A stretch of DNA of 63,117 nt, the filler included. It is 14 parts of 14 records of this genome, joined end to end, with 100 filler letters (N's around TTAATTAATTAA, not from the genome) between each part and the next. Parts side by side here need not be neighbours in the genome. Positions count along the whole stretch, not along the records: positions 32,404 to 55,047 come from SRR11831585_30; positions 55,148 to 58,282 come from SRR11831585_33; positions 58,383 to 60,690 come from SRR11831585_40; positions 60,791 to 63,117 come from SRR11831585_48; 10 more parts are not named here. One strand, given 5' to 3'. The translations under genes were made by a program, and so were the position numbers. A model generated the notes under the pieces. It was not told where the DNA came from, made no database searches, and saw only the letters and a list, made by a program, of their open reading frames with translations. How positions within the stretch are numbered: the first letter of the stretch is position 1; every line of letters begins with the position of its first letter. Positions 53,054 through 63,117 of the stretch are shown here, one piece after another.

Positions 53054-54238
53054 TTAAACGGGCTGCCCCTGATGCGACATCCGCGTCGCCAGCGGCAGCC
53101 AGCACAGCACGATCAACAATCCCATTAAGGTCATCAACAACCCCAGGCTGCCCTGACCGGTTTGCGGCAACATCGCAGAGAGCGACGCCAGCACGCCGGA
53201 ACCAATGTTTTGCAGACCGCCGACCAGCGCGCCAGCCGTGCCCGCCAGGAAGGGGAACGGCTCCATCGCGCCGCTGGTCGCCAGCGGAAACAGCATCCCG
53301 GCACCGAAAAAGAACAGCGCGGCGGGAACGAGCAGCGTCCAGACATTCATCACGCCAAACCAGTCGGGGATCCACATCAGCAAGCCAGCCAGCAGGCAGC
53401 AGATAACCGACTGCCACATTAACGTGGAGAAGCGTTTATTGGGACGTCCGGCAAACCATGCGCCAAAAAACGCTGCCGGAATCGGCAGAATAAACAAAAT
53501 ACTGACCGTCATACTGCTCAGCCCTAACACCGCGCCCATCAGCACGCCGGAGCAGGCTTCAAAGGCGGCAATCCCGGCCAGACCGCCAATCAGCATCAGC
53601 AAATAACAGTTAAAACCGCTGTTACCGAAAAGCGTTTTATAACTGGTAAGCAGGCGCGTGCGCGGTGCATCGACCGGACGCGTTTCCGGCATCCAGCGGG
53701 CCATACTGAAGGTCACACCAGCACAAAGAACCAACAAAAAGAGATAACAGGCGCGCCAGTTCCACATCGTATCCAGCAGACCGCCGATTAGCGGTGCGAG
53801 CAACGGACTGACGAGAATCCCCATGTTTAACAGGCTGTTAGCATGGCGCAACTGTGTCCGTTCATATAAATCTCGCGGTAAAGTACGCGCCATTACGCCG
53901 CCAACGCCGGTGCCCATCCCCTGCATCGCGCTGGCGGCAATCAACACCGTCAAACTGGAGGTCGTGACCGCGACCAGCGTTGCCAGCATAAAAATGGACA
54001 TTCCGACGAGGATCACCGGTCGGCGGCCCACGCGGTCGGAAATCGGGCCATAAAACAGCTGTGAGACACCGTAAGTCAGCAGATAAGCGCCCATTACGCT
54101 CTGCACCGCCCCTTCACGGACGTTGAGATCGCGCGCCATATCGGCAATAGCTGGAATATAAATGGTTTGCGCCATCTGACCGACGGCCACGAGTAATACC
54201 AACATCAATAACAAATTGACGTTTCTTTGCCTTTTCAT
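53054..54238 (-). CDS. emrD: Multidrug efflux MFS transporter EmrD
   Basis: GPISDRVGRRPV motif A; 394 aa. Confidence 0.97.
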   Translation of the reverse strand: MKRQRNVNLLLMLVLLVAVGQMAQTIYIPAIADMARDLNVREGAVQSVMGAYLLTYGVSQLFYGPISDRVGRRPVILVGMSIFMLATLVAVTTSSLTVLIAASAMQGMGTGVGGVMARTLPRDLYERTQLRHANSLLNMGILVSPLLAPLIGGLLDTMWNWRACYLFLLVLCAGVTFSMARWMPETRPVDAPRTRLLTSYKTLFGNSGFNCYLLMLIGGLAGIAAFEACSGVLMGAVLGLSSMTVSILFILPIPAAFFGAWFAGRPNKRFSTLMWQSVICCLLAGLLMWIPDWFGVMNVWTLLVPAALFFFGAGMLFPLATSGAMEPFPFLAGTAGALVGGLQNIGSGVLASLSAMLPQTGQGSLGLLMTLMGLLIVLCWLPLATRMSHQGQPV

Positions 54239-54412
54239 TATCACGGATGCTTTTATAAAAATAATTAGAATAAGTCACTACGCATTCCCATAAATGCGGG
54301 AGAGGAATCTATCACATTGATGAATGTTAGCCAGATATACGCCAGGAATGGGGAATTGTTTAGCGGCAGAATATGTAAACAAAAGCGGCAATAAATGTTG
54401 CCGGGAGAGATG

Positions 54413-54449
54413 GTAGGGCGGATAAGATGCGTCAGCATCGCATCCGACA
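54413..54449 (-). repeat. REP element
   Basis: GTAGGGCGGATAAGATGCGTCAGCATCGCATCCGACA. Confidence 0.8.
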
Positions 54450-54469
54450 CCAACCCGCACGCTAAATAT

Positions 54470-54498
54470 AAAAGGGGAGCGGTTTCCCGCTCCCCTTT
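54470..54498 (-). terminator. tisB terminator
   Basis: AAAAGGGGAGCGG-TTTC-CCGCTCCCCTTT hairpin. Confidence 0.85.
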
Positions 54499-54517
54499 GG
54501 TGCGACTTGAATCTGAA

Positions 54518-54607
54518 TTACTTCAGGTATTTCAGAACAGCATCAAGCAGTTGCAGTGCTGCAACAATGAGTTTGAGGATAAGAATGGCGATATCCACCA
54601 GGTTCAT
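54518..54607 (-). CDS. tisB: Type I toxin TisB (29 aa), absent from the ORF track
   Basis: MNLVDIAILILKLIVAALQLLDAVLKYLK with an AGGAG Shine-Dalgarno. Confidence 0.97.
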   Translation of the reverse strand: MNLVDIAILILKLIVAALQLLDAVLKYLK

Positions 54608-54841
54608 ACGCGTCTCCTGTGGTTCAGGAGCACTGCCAGCTGACGTACCTTTCCGCTGCCTGTTGCCAGCTGTTGTGCACGCGGTATCTCAAGGAGAAAC
54701 GTTGTGCTTGTTGACATAACACAGTGTGCTCACGCGGGGTTAAGGCGCTGACGGCACCACCCGTTTCAGCCAGGACTTAGTGCGCCGGGTAACGATGCGG
54801 CCCCCGCATAACACATTGCGTACAGTGATATTATAGAAGTT

Positions 54842-54861
54842 TACTGTATAAATAAACAGTA
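54842..54861. promoter_or_regulatory. LexA box controlling tisB
   Basis: TACTGTATAAATAAACAGTA, near-perfect SOS consensus. Confidence 0.93.
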
Positions 54862-54967
54862 ATATTTGGACAAAACGCAAACTGTGATCGATACTCAACT
54901 ATGCACTAAATACGTCAAAATTCGTGCCGAAATTGCGCGTTCTGCGCGGAACACGTATACTTTCAGT

Positions 54968-55042
54968 GTTGACATAATACAGTGTGCTTTGCGGTTACCA
55001 GCCGCAGGCGACTGACGAAACCTCGCTCCGGCGGGGTTTTTT
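54968..55042 (+). ncRNA. istR: IstR-1 antitoxin sRNA
   Basis: 5' GTTGACATAATACAGTGTGCT matches 54710-54730 at 20/21, so it is antisense to the tisB 5'UTR; ends in a hairpin plus T-run. Confidence 0.93.
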
Positions 55043-55177
55043 GTTATNNNNNNNNNNNNNNNNNNNNNNNNNNNNNNNNNNNNNNNNNNNNTTAATTAAT
55101 TAANNNNNNNNNNNNNNNNNNNNNNNNNNNNNNNNNNNNNNNNNNNNTGTGTCTGTGCTTACCGCAGCTGCGATATC

Positions 55178-55334
55178 AGACCCGCAAGTGGACCAGGCTG
55201 CCACCCTTCTCCGCCTCCTCTACATCGCCGATCTGCGGGACCTGCAGACACGCATCAACCAGCTGATTGTCGCTGTGCAAGAACATACAGCCAACCCGCT
55301 CACGGATTCGAGGCTCGGTAAGGTGGGCCAGTAG
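55178..55334 (+). CDS. RTRAF: RTRAF/C14orf166/CGI-99 (tRNA-splicing ligase complex subunit), last exon
   Basis: DQAATLLRLLYIADLRDLQTRINQLIVAVQEHTANPLTDSRLGKVGQ*: RLL motif and KVG terminus; 5' boundary approximate. Confidence 0.88.
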
Positions 55335-55687
55335 AACTAGGGGCGTGATGAAAGGAGATATGTCATGGGGAGTGCTCGTGACAGAACGCTACCTCTGAGA
55401 TCCGTGCGAATATGCGGGGAGATATGAGACAAACACACGGTTCGCTGCGGGATCATTCTCACACTCACTCACTCTATTATTGGTAACAAATCAACCAGCA
55501 CACGCCATACACATGGTCTGTTTCACCGCACGGCATCGCCTTTTGTGTGTGTGCGTCACACCACGGTTGCCATGCCCGGACGTATAGGATGAGTCGTACT
55601 CACTGTCGCACGGGGCGGAGGTTCTAAGGCCGCAAAATGGGAGTAATCTTGAGTAAAAGTCTGGTGCCGCAGTGTAAAATAAATAAA

Positions 55688-56333
55688 TCACTTGGTGCCT
55701 GTAGCTTGCCGGCGCAGTGCATCAAAGACATCCAACTCAATCATGGCTTCCTCAATCTCTGCTCTCTCTGTGGGGTCTGTCTCATTTTCTGCACGAGGGA
55801 AATTGAGACATGCGCGCACAGACACATGGAAACACAGAGAACAACACGCAAACATACACGTACACACCCCGTACCATTCAGATCAAACTCCCGCTGGGTG
55901 GCTCGACTGATGGAGTCCCGCTTCTTCGCAAAGTACGTTCCAATCACACGTTCTTTCTGCTCTCTTCGTTGCTTCGCAGACAAAAAGCGCTCCAGCTGTT
56001 GGTACCGGCGAATAGTGGAGAACTCTTCCTCGTCACGCCGTTGCGCGACTTCACGAGATAACTTGGCCTTATAACCGGCCAGGAATTCTACTGGAGATTA
56101 AGATACAATCAAAGGAAGGGACACTATCATACTGGCGGTCTGCTTGTACGCATTCCGATATTCCCAATCATCATGTGCCTTAAGAGGTTTCGTAGACGCA
56201 ACCCGAGAACCTACAGACGACGAAGCGCGACCAGAATTCCCCGAGGAAATCACCTGAGCGAAACTGTCATGAGTTCATGCTCGTACATTACACCAATCAG
56301 ATTTCAGCGTACAGTACTACCATCGTAGTCCAT
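55688..56333 (-). CDS. Unknown small charged/helical eukaryotic protein, four exons, apparently complete
   Basis: MDYDGST|VISSGNS..KQTA|IEFLAGYKAKLSREVAQRR..FDLN|ENETDPTE..TGTK* joined by GT-AG introns. Confidence 0.6.
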
Positions 56334-56697
56334 ATTGTACACGGCGGAGATAATGAACCAGAGCAAGAGTTGGGAGAATGCAAAAAGATGAGATGACAAT
56401 TCGGTTCGAAAGCCGATATTGGAGAACAATCTATAACCGAGCCCTCTCGATGTGTGGGCGGATTCTCGTGTCGATATGGACGATATATATGGTGTGAGCG
56501 ATACCGGTTGACGTTGGTCGCAGCTAAAACCTTCTGTCATAAGTCCTCTGACAGGTACCGATACTCACTTCAAAGTCAAGCCCCCATCTTTGGATCGCGA
56601 TATTGAGGAGAGGTAGGGTATCAGATGAATCGTGCCTCGTGATTGATCAAAGTGTCCTTTCGATGAATGCTACCTAACACTTAAACACTACGATCGC

Positions 56698-57797
56698 ATG
56701 TCCGTGCCCATGGCCGTCGCTCCCACCTCCCTTGTTGGCAACGATCGTGCCGCAGTCACCAAGCACATGGACTTATACTGTCGATCGAAAGTGTTCACCA
56801 GTGGCTCAGAATCAGCATGTATTGCGTTTCGTGCCACAGCAGTGCAATACCGCGTTCCTGTCAACGAATGGTACGTGCAGATGCTGAATGTCTACCCCTC
56901 TCCGTTGTGCCTTTTTTTGTTGCCGTACCAATTTCCCCGTCCCATAGCCCGGTTATTGTGGTTGTAAGTGAAGACGCGACCTACTTTCTGCACGACTCCG
57001 ATGACGTCAGACGGGGATCCCCATTACCTGGCGAGCCGCTATGCGCAGACAGTGTGATTCCCGTCACCGCGGACGATTACCGCGTGCTGCATACCATCAA
57101 ACACAACTCTCTGTACTCTATCCACATCGCCTTCAACAGTCAGTTCTTCCGATTACAGACTTCCCTCGATCGCGGCACCGTTGTTCTCACACGAAATGCT
57201 GCGCTGACACATGCGGCGGTTACCGTGTTGTTGCCGCTTGTTCAGTCCTCCGATGCAATTGGTACGCCCTTTCCCGTTATCTACCACCGACAAGACATGC
57301 TGTCTGCCCTCGAGCGGTTCATGTCCGTGGGGGAGCGTGAGATATTGGCCTATAGTCTGCTGTTTGCAAGTACGTCTCGCGGGCAGACACCTAGTTTGTT
57401 TGTGCCGTTCGGCTTCGGGCATGTGGTCCCTGTATCACTTGTGGTGACTGCCGAACGACTGTGTCTGTGCAAGGAGGCGTACGACCATTGGCCACTCAAC
57501 TCCCCAACACAGACTCCGGGTGCCTCTGATCCGCCGCAATTTGAACGAATAAGTGAGCGTTCGGTGAATGACCTTAGTGGGGTAGTGCTGCATCCCCAGG
57601 AGCCGCTGCGGTTTACGTTGATCTTTGAGAGCCCGGCGGAGGAGTGGTTTCTGGCGGCGGCTGACTTGCAAGAACGCAAGACGTTGTTGACGAGTATTTC
57701 CCGTGCGTGGCGTCAGCAGTTTACGTTTGGCCTGCCTCGCTTCACGTATGGAGCATCCCCTCCGATGGACTGCGATCCGAAGGATGATGCGTGGTGA
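56698..57797 (+). CDS. Nischarin/STK11IP C-terminal-like tandem PH-fold protein, two exons
   Basis: One GT-AG intron (about 56871-56947); IHIAFNSQFFRL, LTRNAALTH, SLVVTAERLCLCKEAYDHWP, FTLIFE and ERKTLLTSISRAWRQQF.F.LP resemble the recalled nischarin C-terminus. Confidence 0.65.
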
Positions 57798-58058
57798 GGT
57801 GCCGTGGTTGATATGGTGTTGTAAAAATGTGTGTGAATGTGTATGTGGGTAGAAAATAAGTGTGTGTGCCTGTGAGTGTTTGCGCAACATTAGGCGTAAA
57901 TAGTACGACGCATGATAATCTGATACGGTCATGTTGGTTTTAGTGTGTTCATCTGTTAATACTTAGTTACGTATAAACCCCAACTCACATGAACTCAACT
58001 TGGCTCGAATTGCACACACATGCAAATGCAAACAAAATTGGCAAGTGGGGAGAGCACA

Positions 58059-58282
58059 TCATAACGCGTTGCAGAGCCAGAGTTGTGTCTGATGGCGGCT
58101 CTCAAACTGTGACGTGCACATGAGCACAGGGTAAGTGATCAGTGACTCGGTGAGCTGCCTGTCATTCGTGTGAATGATTGAAGAAGACCTACTCTCACTT
58201 GGAACTATTAGTATACAACCTGATCTCCCTGGCACTATTGGTAAACAGGCCATGCATCACGGTGCCGATCAAAGGGGAACCA
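58059..58282 (-). CDS. Possible 3' end of an unknown eukaryotic gene
   Basis: GSPLIGTVMHGLFTNSAREIR|QLTESLITYPVL..LWLCNAL* via one short GT-AG intron. Confidence 0.35.
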
Positions 58283-59276
58283 NNNNNNNNNNNNNNNNNN
58301 NNNNNNNNNNNNNNNNNNNNNNNNNNTTAATTAATTAANNNNNNNNNNNNNNNNNNNNNNNNNNNNNNNNNNNNNNNNNNNNTGTGTGTGTGTGTGTGTT
58401 GTGTGCGTGTGTATGTCCTGGGTCACTTGTGCGGTCACAAGGTATTGAACAGATATATAAAATTCCTACATTGCGGGAGCAATACCAGTTCCATTGGTCG
58501 GGTATTCATGTCAGTTCATTCAATCAACACACTCGCTCTCACTATCACCATTTTCCGGTAACAGACACACATACGCACACACGCTCTCCCCACACACATA
58601 CACGTAACGACAACACCACCATTTGACCTGACATGAATCACGAACGTACACACACACAGAAAAAACACTCACCTCTCTCATCACTCTCATATCACACACT
58701 CGCTTCCAGAGCGACCGCGGTTCTTTGCTTGCACCACGCAAACGCACAGAGACACGCCCTCACGGACATATACACACGCACATCACCACACAAGCCATCC
58801 CGCCCTACCCGAAAAAACAACGTCTACATACAACAGCTTTACGCAGCTTGCTACTCGTGACCGTCATCACACAGGCCGAGACCCCTCACACTCCCTTTGG
58901 TTTGTAGCAAGCAGACACTTCAAGACACACATCAGTAACGTCTCACAAACCCCAAGCAAATAGCGACCCAATCACCCTGTCTGACAAGCACGGATCCGAT
59001 TCATACTCTCTTACATAAAGACAAACACTCACTTTTGCACGCACATCCGCCCACTTTCTCTCTCTCTCTGTTTCGCTTTTCGTTCTGAGCAACTTGGCTG
59101 CAGAAAATAAAGCAAAACACATACATAACAAAACACACACACATCCAGAATACACGTACTCCCCACCGAACTGTAACAACTGTTACGATGCAGCGACTAA
59201 ACTTACTCACCACGTACAGACGCAGTTACTCTCGTACTGACCCACTCACGCACACTCACCTACACACACACATCCA

Positions 59277-60690
59277 TCACCACTGCAGCTCTCGCTTCGT
59301 GGCGGCACAACTGGACTCTGCTTTAGGCTCCTTCTCGCCTGCAGCCTGATGCGCACCAGCATCCACCGGCGCCGTCTCGGTGTTGATTAACAACGGCTTG
59401 GAATAAAACTGCCGGTACCAACGACGGTAGTTGCCAATGGGGCCGTCCTCTCGCACCAACAGGGGCTTGTGTTGGTAGGTTTTGTTGTTCCACACCCAGA
59501 TGTCACGCTCGAACTGTGCAACCAACGGCGCCAGCACCAATTTGGCCAAGACACGTGGCACCCAGCGTGTCGCAAAGACGATATGTGCCGCTTCGGTAAG
59601 CAACGGGGCAACCGGTGTAAGCGATTGGCAGACAACCACCTTCCCGAATGGGAAATCGAAGGAAAGGAACACCATGCCAGGGCCGGCTACGCACCGCAAC
59701 AAACAAGAGTGTGAGGCAACGACATACTGAAATCATCCACAAGCAAACTCAGATAAAGTACAAACACGAGGCACAATAGCAGGTGATGATATGCGGTAAA
59801 CACTCAACACCTCGCGCAGTTTCGCGTGCCCACCACGTGTATACGCATACGCAGACACAAACACGCACAGACACACACACTCACGCACACACACGAACGC
59901 CCAACCAACAGCATACTCTGCGCAATATTGGCCTGTGTCAAAGTGAGCGGAATGCGCCACCGAAACAAGCCGATCTGATGTGTGACTGTGACATAGGCCA
60001 GGTGGGAGTCATCTTCACCTCTTCCTACACATAGAAACCAAGGCCCCGTGTGAGATGACGACACAAACACGACACAATAAGGAGACAGGATGAAGAGCAG
60101 ACAGAGAATGACACACAGACGCATACGCCATCCACGCATATACACCACACAACGTATACATAGCACACCCACCAAGGGTACGCAGCACCACCAACAACAC
60201 ACATCATCTAATAAAGACACACATCAACAACACAACGCGCAACACACCTGGCTCCCACGCCGCGGACCACAGATGCGAGAACACCTTGGCGAGACAGCGA
60301 ACAAGAAAGGGCATGTGCAGCACGTCCAGATGAGCCACGTCCGCCCCATTCTCTGGGATCTCCTATCACGGCGCACACACTTTGTTTTAGTACAAAATAC
60401 ACATGCCGCACACACTCGCACACAGAAAGGACACAGAACTTACACATGAAAACACAGTCGAGTTGATACTTGAAAACTGATCATACCGCACATGGCAGCG
60501 CAGAACGTGAGTGGCCACGCCGTGCAGGTACCACCCGTCTCCACCACAGTGCTCGGGAGGAATCCATGTAGGGTCCTCGCGTCGATCATGGTAAAAGACG
60601 GAGATGGCCCCATTTCCCTCATGTACGGGGTACGCACGCACGCTCGCGGTTGATGGAATCTTGTTGCTGTAGGGGATATGTGTGCATTGG
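59277..60690 (-). CDS. Neverland/DAF-36-family Rieske cholesterol 7-desaturase, four exons, 5' partial
   Basis: QCTHIPYS (end of Rieske domain), EIPENGADVAHLDVLH (non-heme Fe motif), QFERDIWVWNNK, EDGPI..YRRWYRQFYS and terminal LQW. Confidence 0.9.
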
Positions 60691-60790
60691 NNNNNNNNNN
60701 NNNNNNNNNNNNNNNNNNNNNNNNNNNNNNNNNNTTAATTAATTAANNNNNNNNNNNNNNNNNNNNNNNNNNNNNNNNNNNNNNNNNNNN

Positions 60791-61771
60791 AAACTGGAAG
60801 AGATGAAGATTCGCGGTGAGCAGAGTGAACTGGAAAAAGAGCGCGACCAGTTGCAGGGCATTTTGGCTTCCGAGCGTAAAATGAATAACCTGCTGAAGAA
60901 AGAACTGCAGGCAGACGCGCAAGCCTACGGTGACGATCGTCGTTCGCCGTTGCAGGAACGCGAAGAAGCGAAAGCGATGAGCGAGCACGACATGCTGCCG
61001 TCTGAACCTGTCACCATTGTGCTGTCGCAGATGGGCTGGGTACGCAGCGCTAAAGGCCATGATATCGACGCGCCGGGCCTGAATTATAAAGCGGGTGATA
61101 GCTTCAAAGCGGCGGTGAAAGGTAAGAGCAACCAACCGGTAGTGTTTGTTGATTCCACCGGTCGTAGCTATGCCATTGACCCGATTACGCTGCCGTCGGC
61201 GCGTGGTCAGGGCGAGCCGCTCACCGGCAAATTAACGTTGCCGCCTGGGGCGACCGTTGACCATATGCTGATGGAAAGCGACGATCAGAAACTGCTGATG
61301 GCTTCCGATGCGGGTTACGGTTTCGTCTGCACCTTTAACGATCTGGTGGCGCGTAACCGTGCAGGTAAGGCTTTGATCACCTTACCGGAAAATGCCCATG
61401 TTATGCCGCCGGTGGTGATTGAAGATGCTTCCGATATGCTGCTGGCAATCACTCAGGCAGGCCGTATGTTGATGTTCCCGGTAAGTGATCTGCCGCAGCT
61501 GTCGAAGGGCAAAGGCAACAAGATTATCAACATTCCATCGGCAGAAGCCGCGCGTGGAGAAGATGGTCTGGCGCAATTGTACGTTCTGCCGCCGCAAAGC
61601 ACGCTGACCATTCATGTTGGGAAACGCAAAATTAAACTGCGCCCGGAAGAGTTACAGAAAGTCACTGGCGAACGTGGACGCCGCGGTACGTTGATGCGCG
61701 GTTTGCAGCGTATCGATCGTGTTGAGATCGACTCTCCTCGCCGTGCCAGCAGCGGTGATAGCGAAGAGTAA
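60791..61771 (+). CDS. parC: DNA topoisomerase IV subunit A (5' partial)
   Basis: YGDDRRSPL, beta-pinwheel C-terminal domain, ends SSGDSEE. Confidence 0.97.
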   Translation, partial: KLEEMKIRGEQSELEKERDQLQGILASERKMNNLLKKELQADAQAYGDDRRSPLQEREEAKAMSEHDMLPSEPVTIVLSQMGWVRSAKGHDIDAPGLNYKAGDSFKAAVKGKSNQPVVFVDSTGRSYAIDPITLPSARGQGEPLTGKLTLPPGATVDHMLMESDDQKLLMASDAGYGFVCTFNDLVARNRAGKALITLPENAHVMPPVVIEDASDMLLAITQAGRMLMFPVSDLPQLSKGKGNKIINIPSAEAARGEDGLAQLYVLPPQSTLTIHVGKRKIKLRPEELQKVTGERGRRGTLMRGLQRIDRVEIDSPRRASSGDSEE

Positions 61772-62004
61772 TATGCCGGGGAGGGCGCTGTTTCCTCCCG
61801 CTTGCAAGGAACGCCGGATGAAACGTTAAGTCGTCATCCGGCAGCGTATTCAACCCCCGGAAACGATAAAAATTCCCTTGAAACCGTTGTTTATTCATGC
61901 GTTGCGATTAACAATACGCTTTTCCAGAGAGCGGCTTTTAACAATGCCCTAACCTGATTTCAGGTGACGTACAATGCCAGTCTCTCAGACCTTCAGAGGG
62001 TGTT

Positions 62005-62742
62005 ATGCTATATATCTTTCGTCTTATTATTACCGTGATTTACAGCATCTTAGTCTGTGTATTCGGCTCCATTTACTGCCTTTTCAGCCCGCGTAACCCG
62101 AAACATGTGGCCACCTTTGGGCATATGTTTGGCCGTCTTGCGCCGCTGTTTGGCCTGAAAGTTGAGTGCCGTAAACCTACAGACGCTGAAAGCTACGGCA
62201 ATGCTATCTATATCGCTAACCACCAGAACAACTATGACATGGTGACAGCATCGAACATCGTGCAACCGCCGACGGTGACGGTAGGTAAAAAGAGCTTGCT
62301 GTGGATCCCCTTCTTCGGGCAGTTGTACTGGTTAACCGGCAACTTATTGATCGACAGAAACAATCGCACTAAAGCTCACGGCACCATTGCGGAAGTAGTG
62401 AATCACTTCAAAAAACGCCGTATTTCCATCTGGATGTTCCCGGAAGGAACCCGCAGCCGTGGTCGCGGCCTGCTACCGTTCAAGACTGGAGCATTTCACG
62501 CGGCAATTGCGGCGGGCGTCCCGATTATTCCCGTGTGCGTCTCTACAACTTCGAATAAGATTAATCTTAATCGACTGCACAACGGTCTGGTGATTGTCGA
62601 AATGCTGCCGCCAATTGACGTCAGTCAGTATGGCAAAGATCAGGTTCGTGAGCTGGCTGCCCATTGTCGTTCGATAATGGAACAAAAAATCGCCGAGCTC
62701 GATAAAGAAGTCGCAGAACGCGAAGCCGCCGGAAAAGTTTAA
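62005..62742 (+). CDS. plsC: 1-acyl-sn-glycerol-3-phosphate acyltransferase
   Basis: NHQNNYD, FPEGTRS; 245 aa. Confidence 0.98.
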   Translation: MLYIFRLIITVIYSILVCVFGSIYCLFSPRNPKHVATFGHMFGRLAPLFGLKVECRKPTDAESYGNAIYIANHQNNYDMVTASNIVQPPTVTVGKKSLLWIPFFGQLYWLTGNLLIDRNNRTKAHGTIAEVVNHFKKRRISIWMFPEGTRSRGRGLLPFKTGAFHAAIAAGVPIIPVCVSTTSNKINLNRLHNGLVIVEMLPPIDVSQYGKDQVRELAAHCRSIMEQKIAELDKEVAEREAAGKV

Positions 62743-62816
62743 GTCGGCAATCTGTATTTTTGCGGGGAACACTTTCCTGCACGGTATTACTTTAGCCAGT
62801 TTTACATGGAGCAAAT

Positions 62817-63117
62817 ATGTCACTCAGTCGGCGTCAGTTCATTCAGGCATCGGGGATTGCACTTTGTGCAGGCGCTGTTCCCCTGAAGGCCAGCGCAGCC
62901 GGGCAACAGCAACCGCTACCCGTTCCGCCGCTACTTGAATCTCGCCGTGGGCAACCGCTGTTTATGACTGTACAACGTGCGCACTGGTCATTTACGCCAG
63001 GGACACGCGCGTCGGTCTGGGGAATCAATGGTCGTTACCTGGGGCCGACTATCCGCGTCTGGAAGGGCGACGATGTTAAGCTTATTTACAGCAACCGCCT
63101 GACAGAAAATGTCTCAA
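62817..63117 (+). CDS. ftsP: Cell division protein FtsP/SufI (3' partial)
   Basis: Tat signal MSLSRRQFIQASG; follows plsC. Confidence 0.95.
   Translation, partial: MSLSRRQFIQASGIALCAGAVPLKASAAGQQQPLPVPPLLESRRGQPLFMTVQRAHWSFTPGTRASVWGINGRYLGPTIRVWKGDDVKLIYSNRLTENVS

Noticed and set aside
54518..55042. tisB/istR as a novel toxin-antitoxin system
   Set aside because: This is a well-characterised SOS-induced type I TA locus of E. coli

Overview
This is not a contiguous locus. It is 14 unrelated contigs joined by 13 identical artificial 100-bp spacers (44 N + TTAATTAATTAA + 44 N). Three DNA sources are mixed. (1) Ten contigs come from an intron-rich microbial eukaryote with TG/CA-microsatellite-rich GT-AG introns. 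By manual splicing they encode an EF-hand protein, a CEP85-like coiled-coil protein ending in CaaX, a NUDT8-like Nudix hydrolase, a LYR-motif protein, an intronless and motif-degenerate Pif1-like helicase, a GT41 (OGT/SEC/SPY-family) glycosyltransferase, MCM4, TRM10, an SLC38 transporter, RTRAF/CGI-99, a stand-alone nischarin-C-terminal-like protein, a Neverland/DAF-36 Rieske sterol 7-desaturase and several unknown genes. (2) Three contigs are E. coli K-12-type chromosome: bioBFCD-DARS1-uvrB; yidX-dgo-cbrA-yid-ibpAB-glv-emrD-tisB/istR; and parC-plsC-ftsP. (3) One contig carries lambdoid (not lambda itself, possibly phi80-like) terminase, gpW and portal genes. The bacterial and phage DNA is most likely food or cloning-host contamination. 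No multi-gene novel system can be supported, because adjacency across spacers is meaningless. The best leads are eukaryotic: the degenerate Pif1, the protist Neverland, the stand-alone nischarin module, a divergent GT41 and a possible structured RNA after TRM10. All family calls rest on recalled motifs, not database searches.
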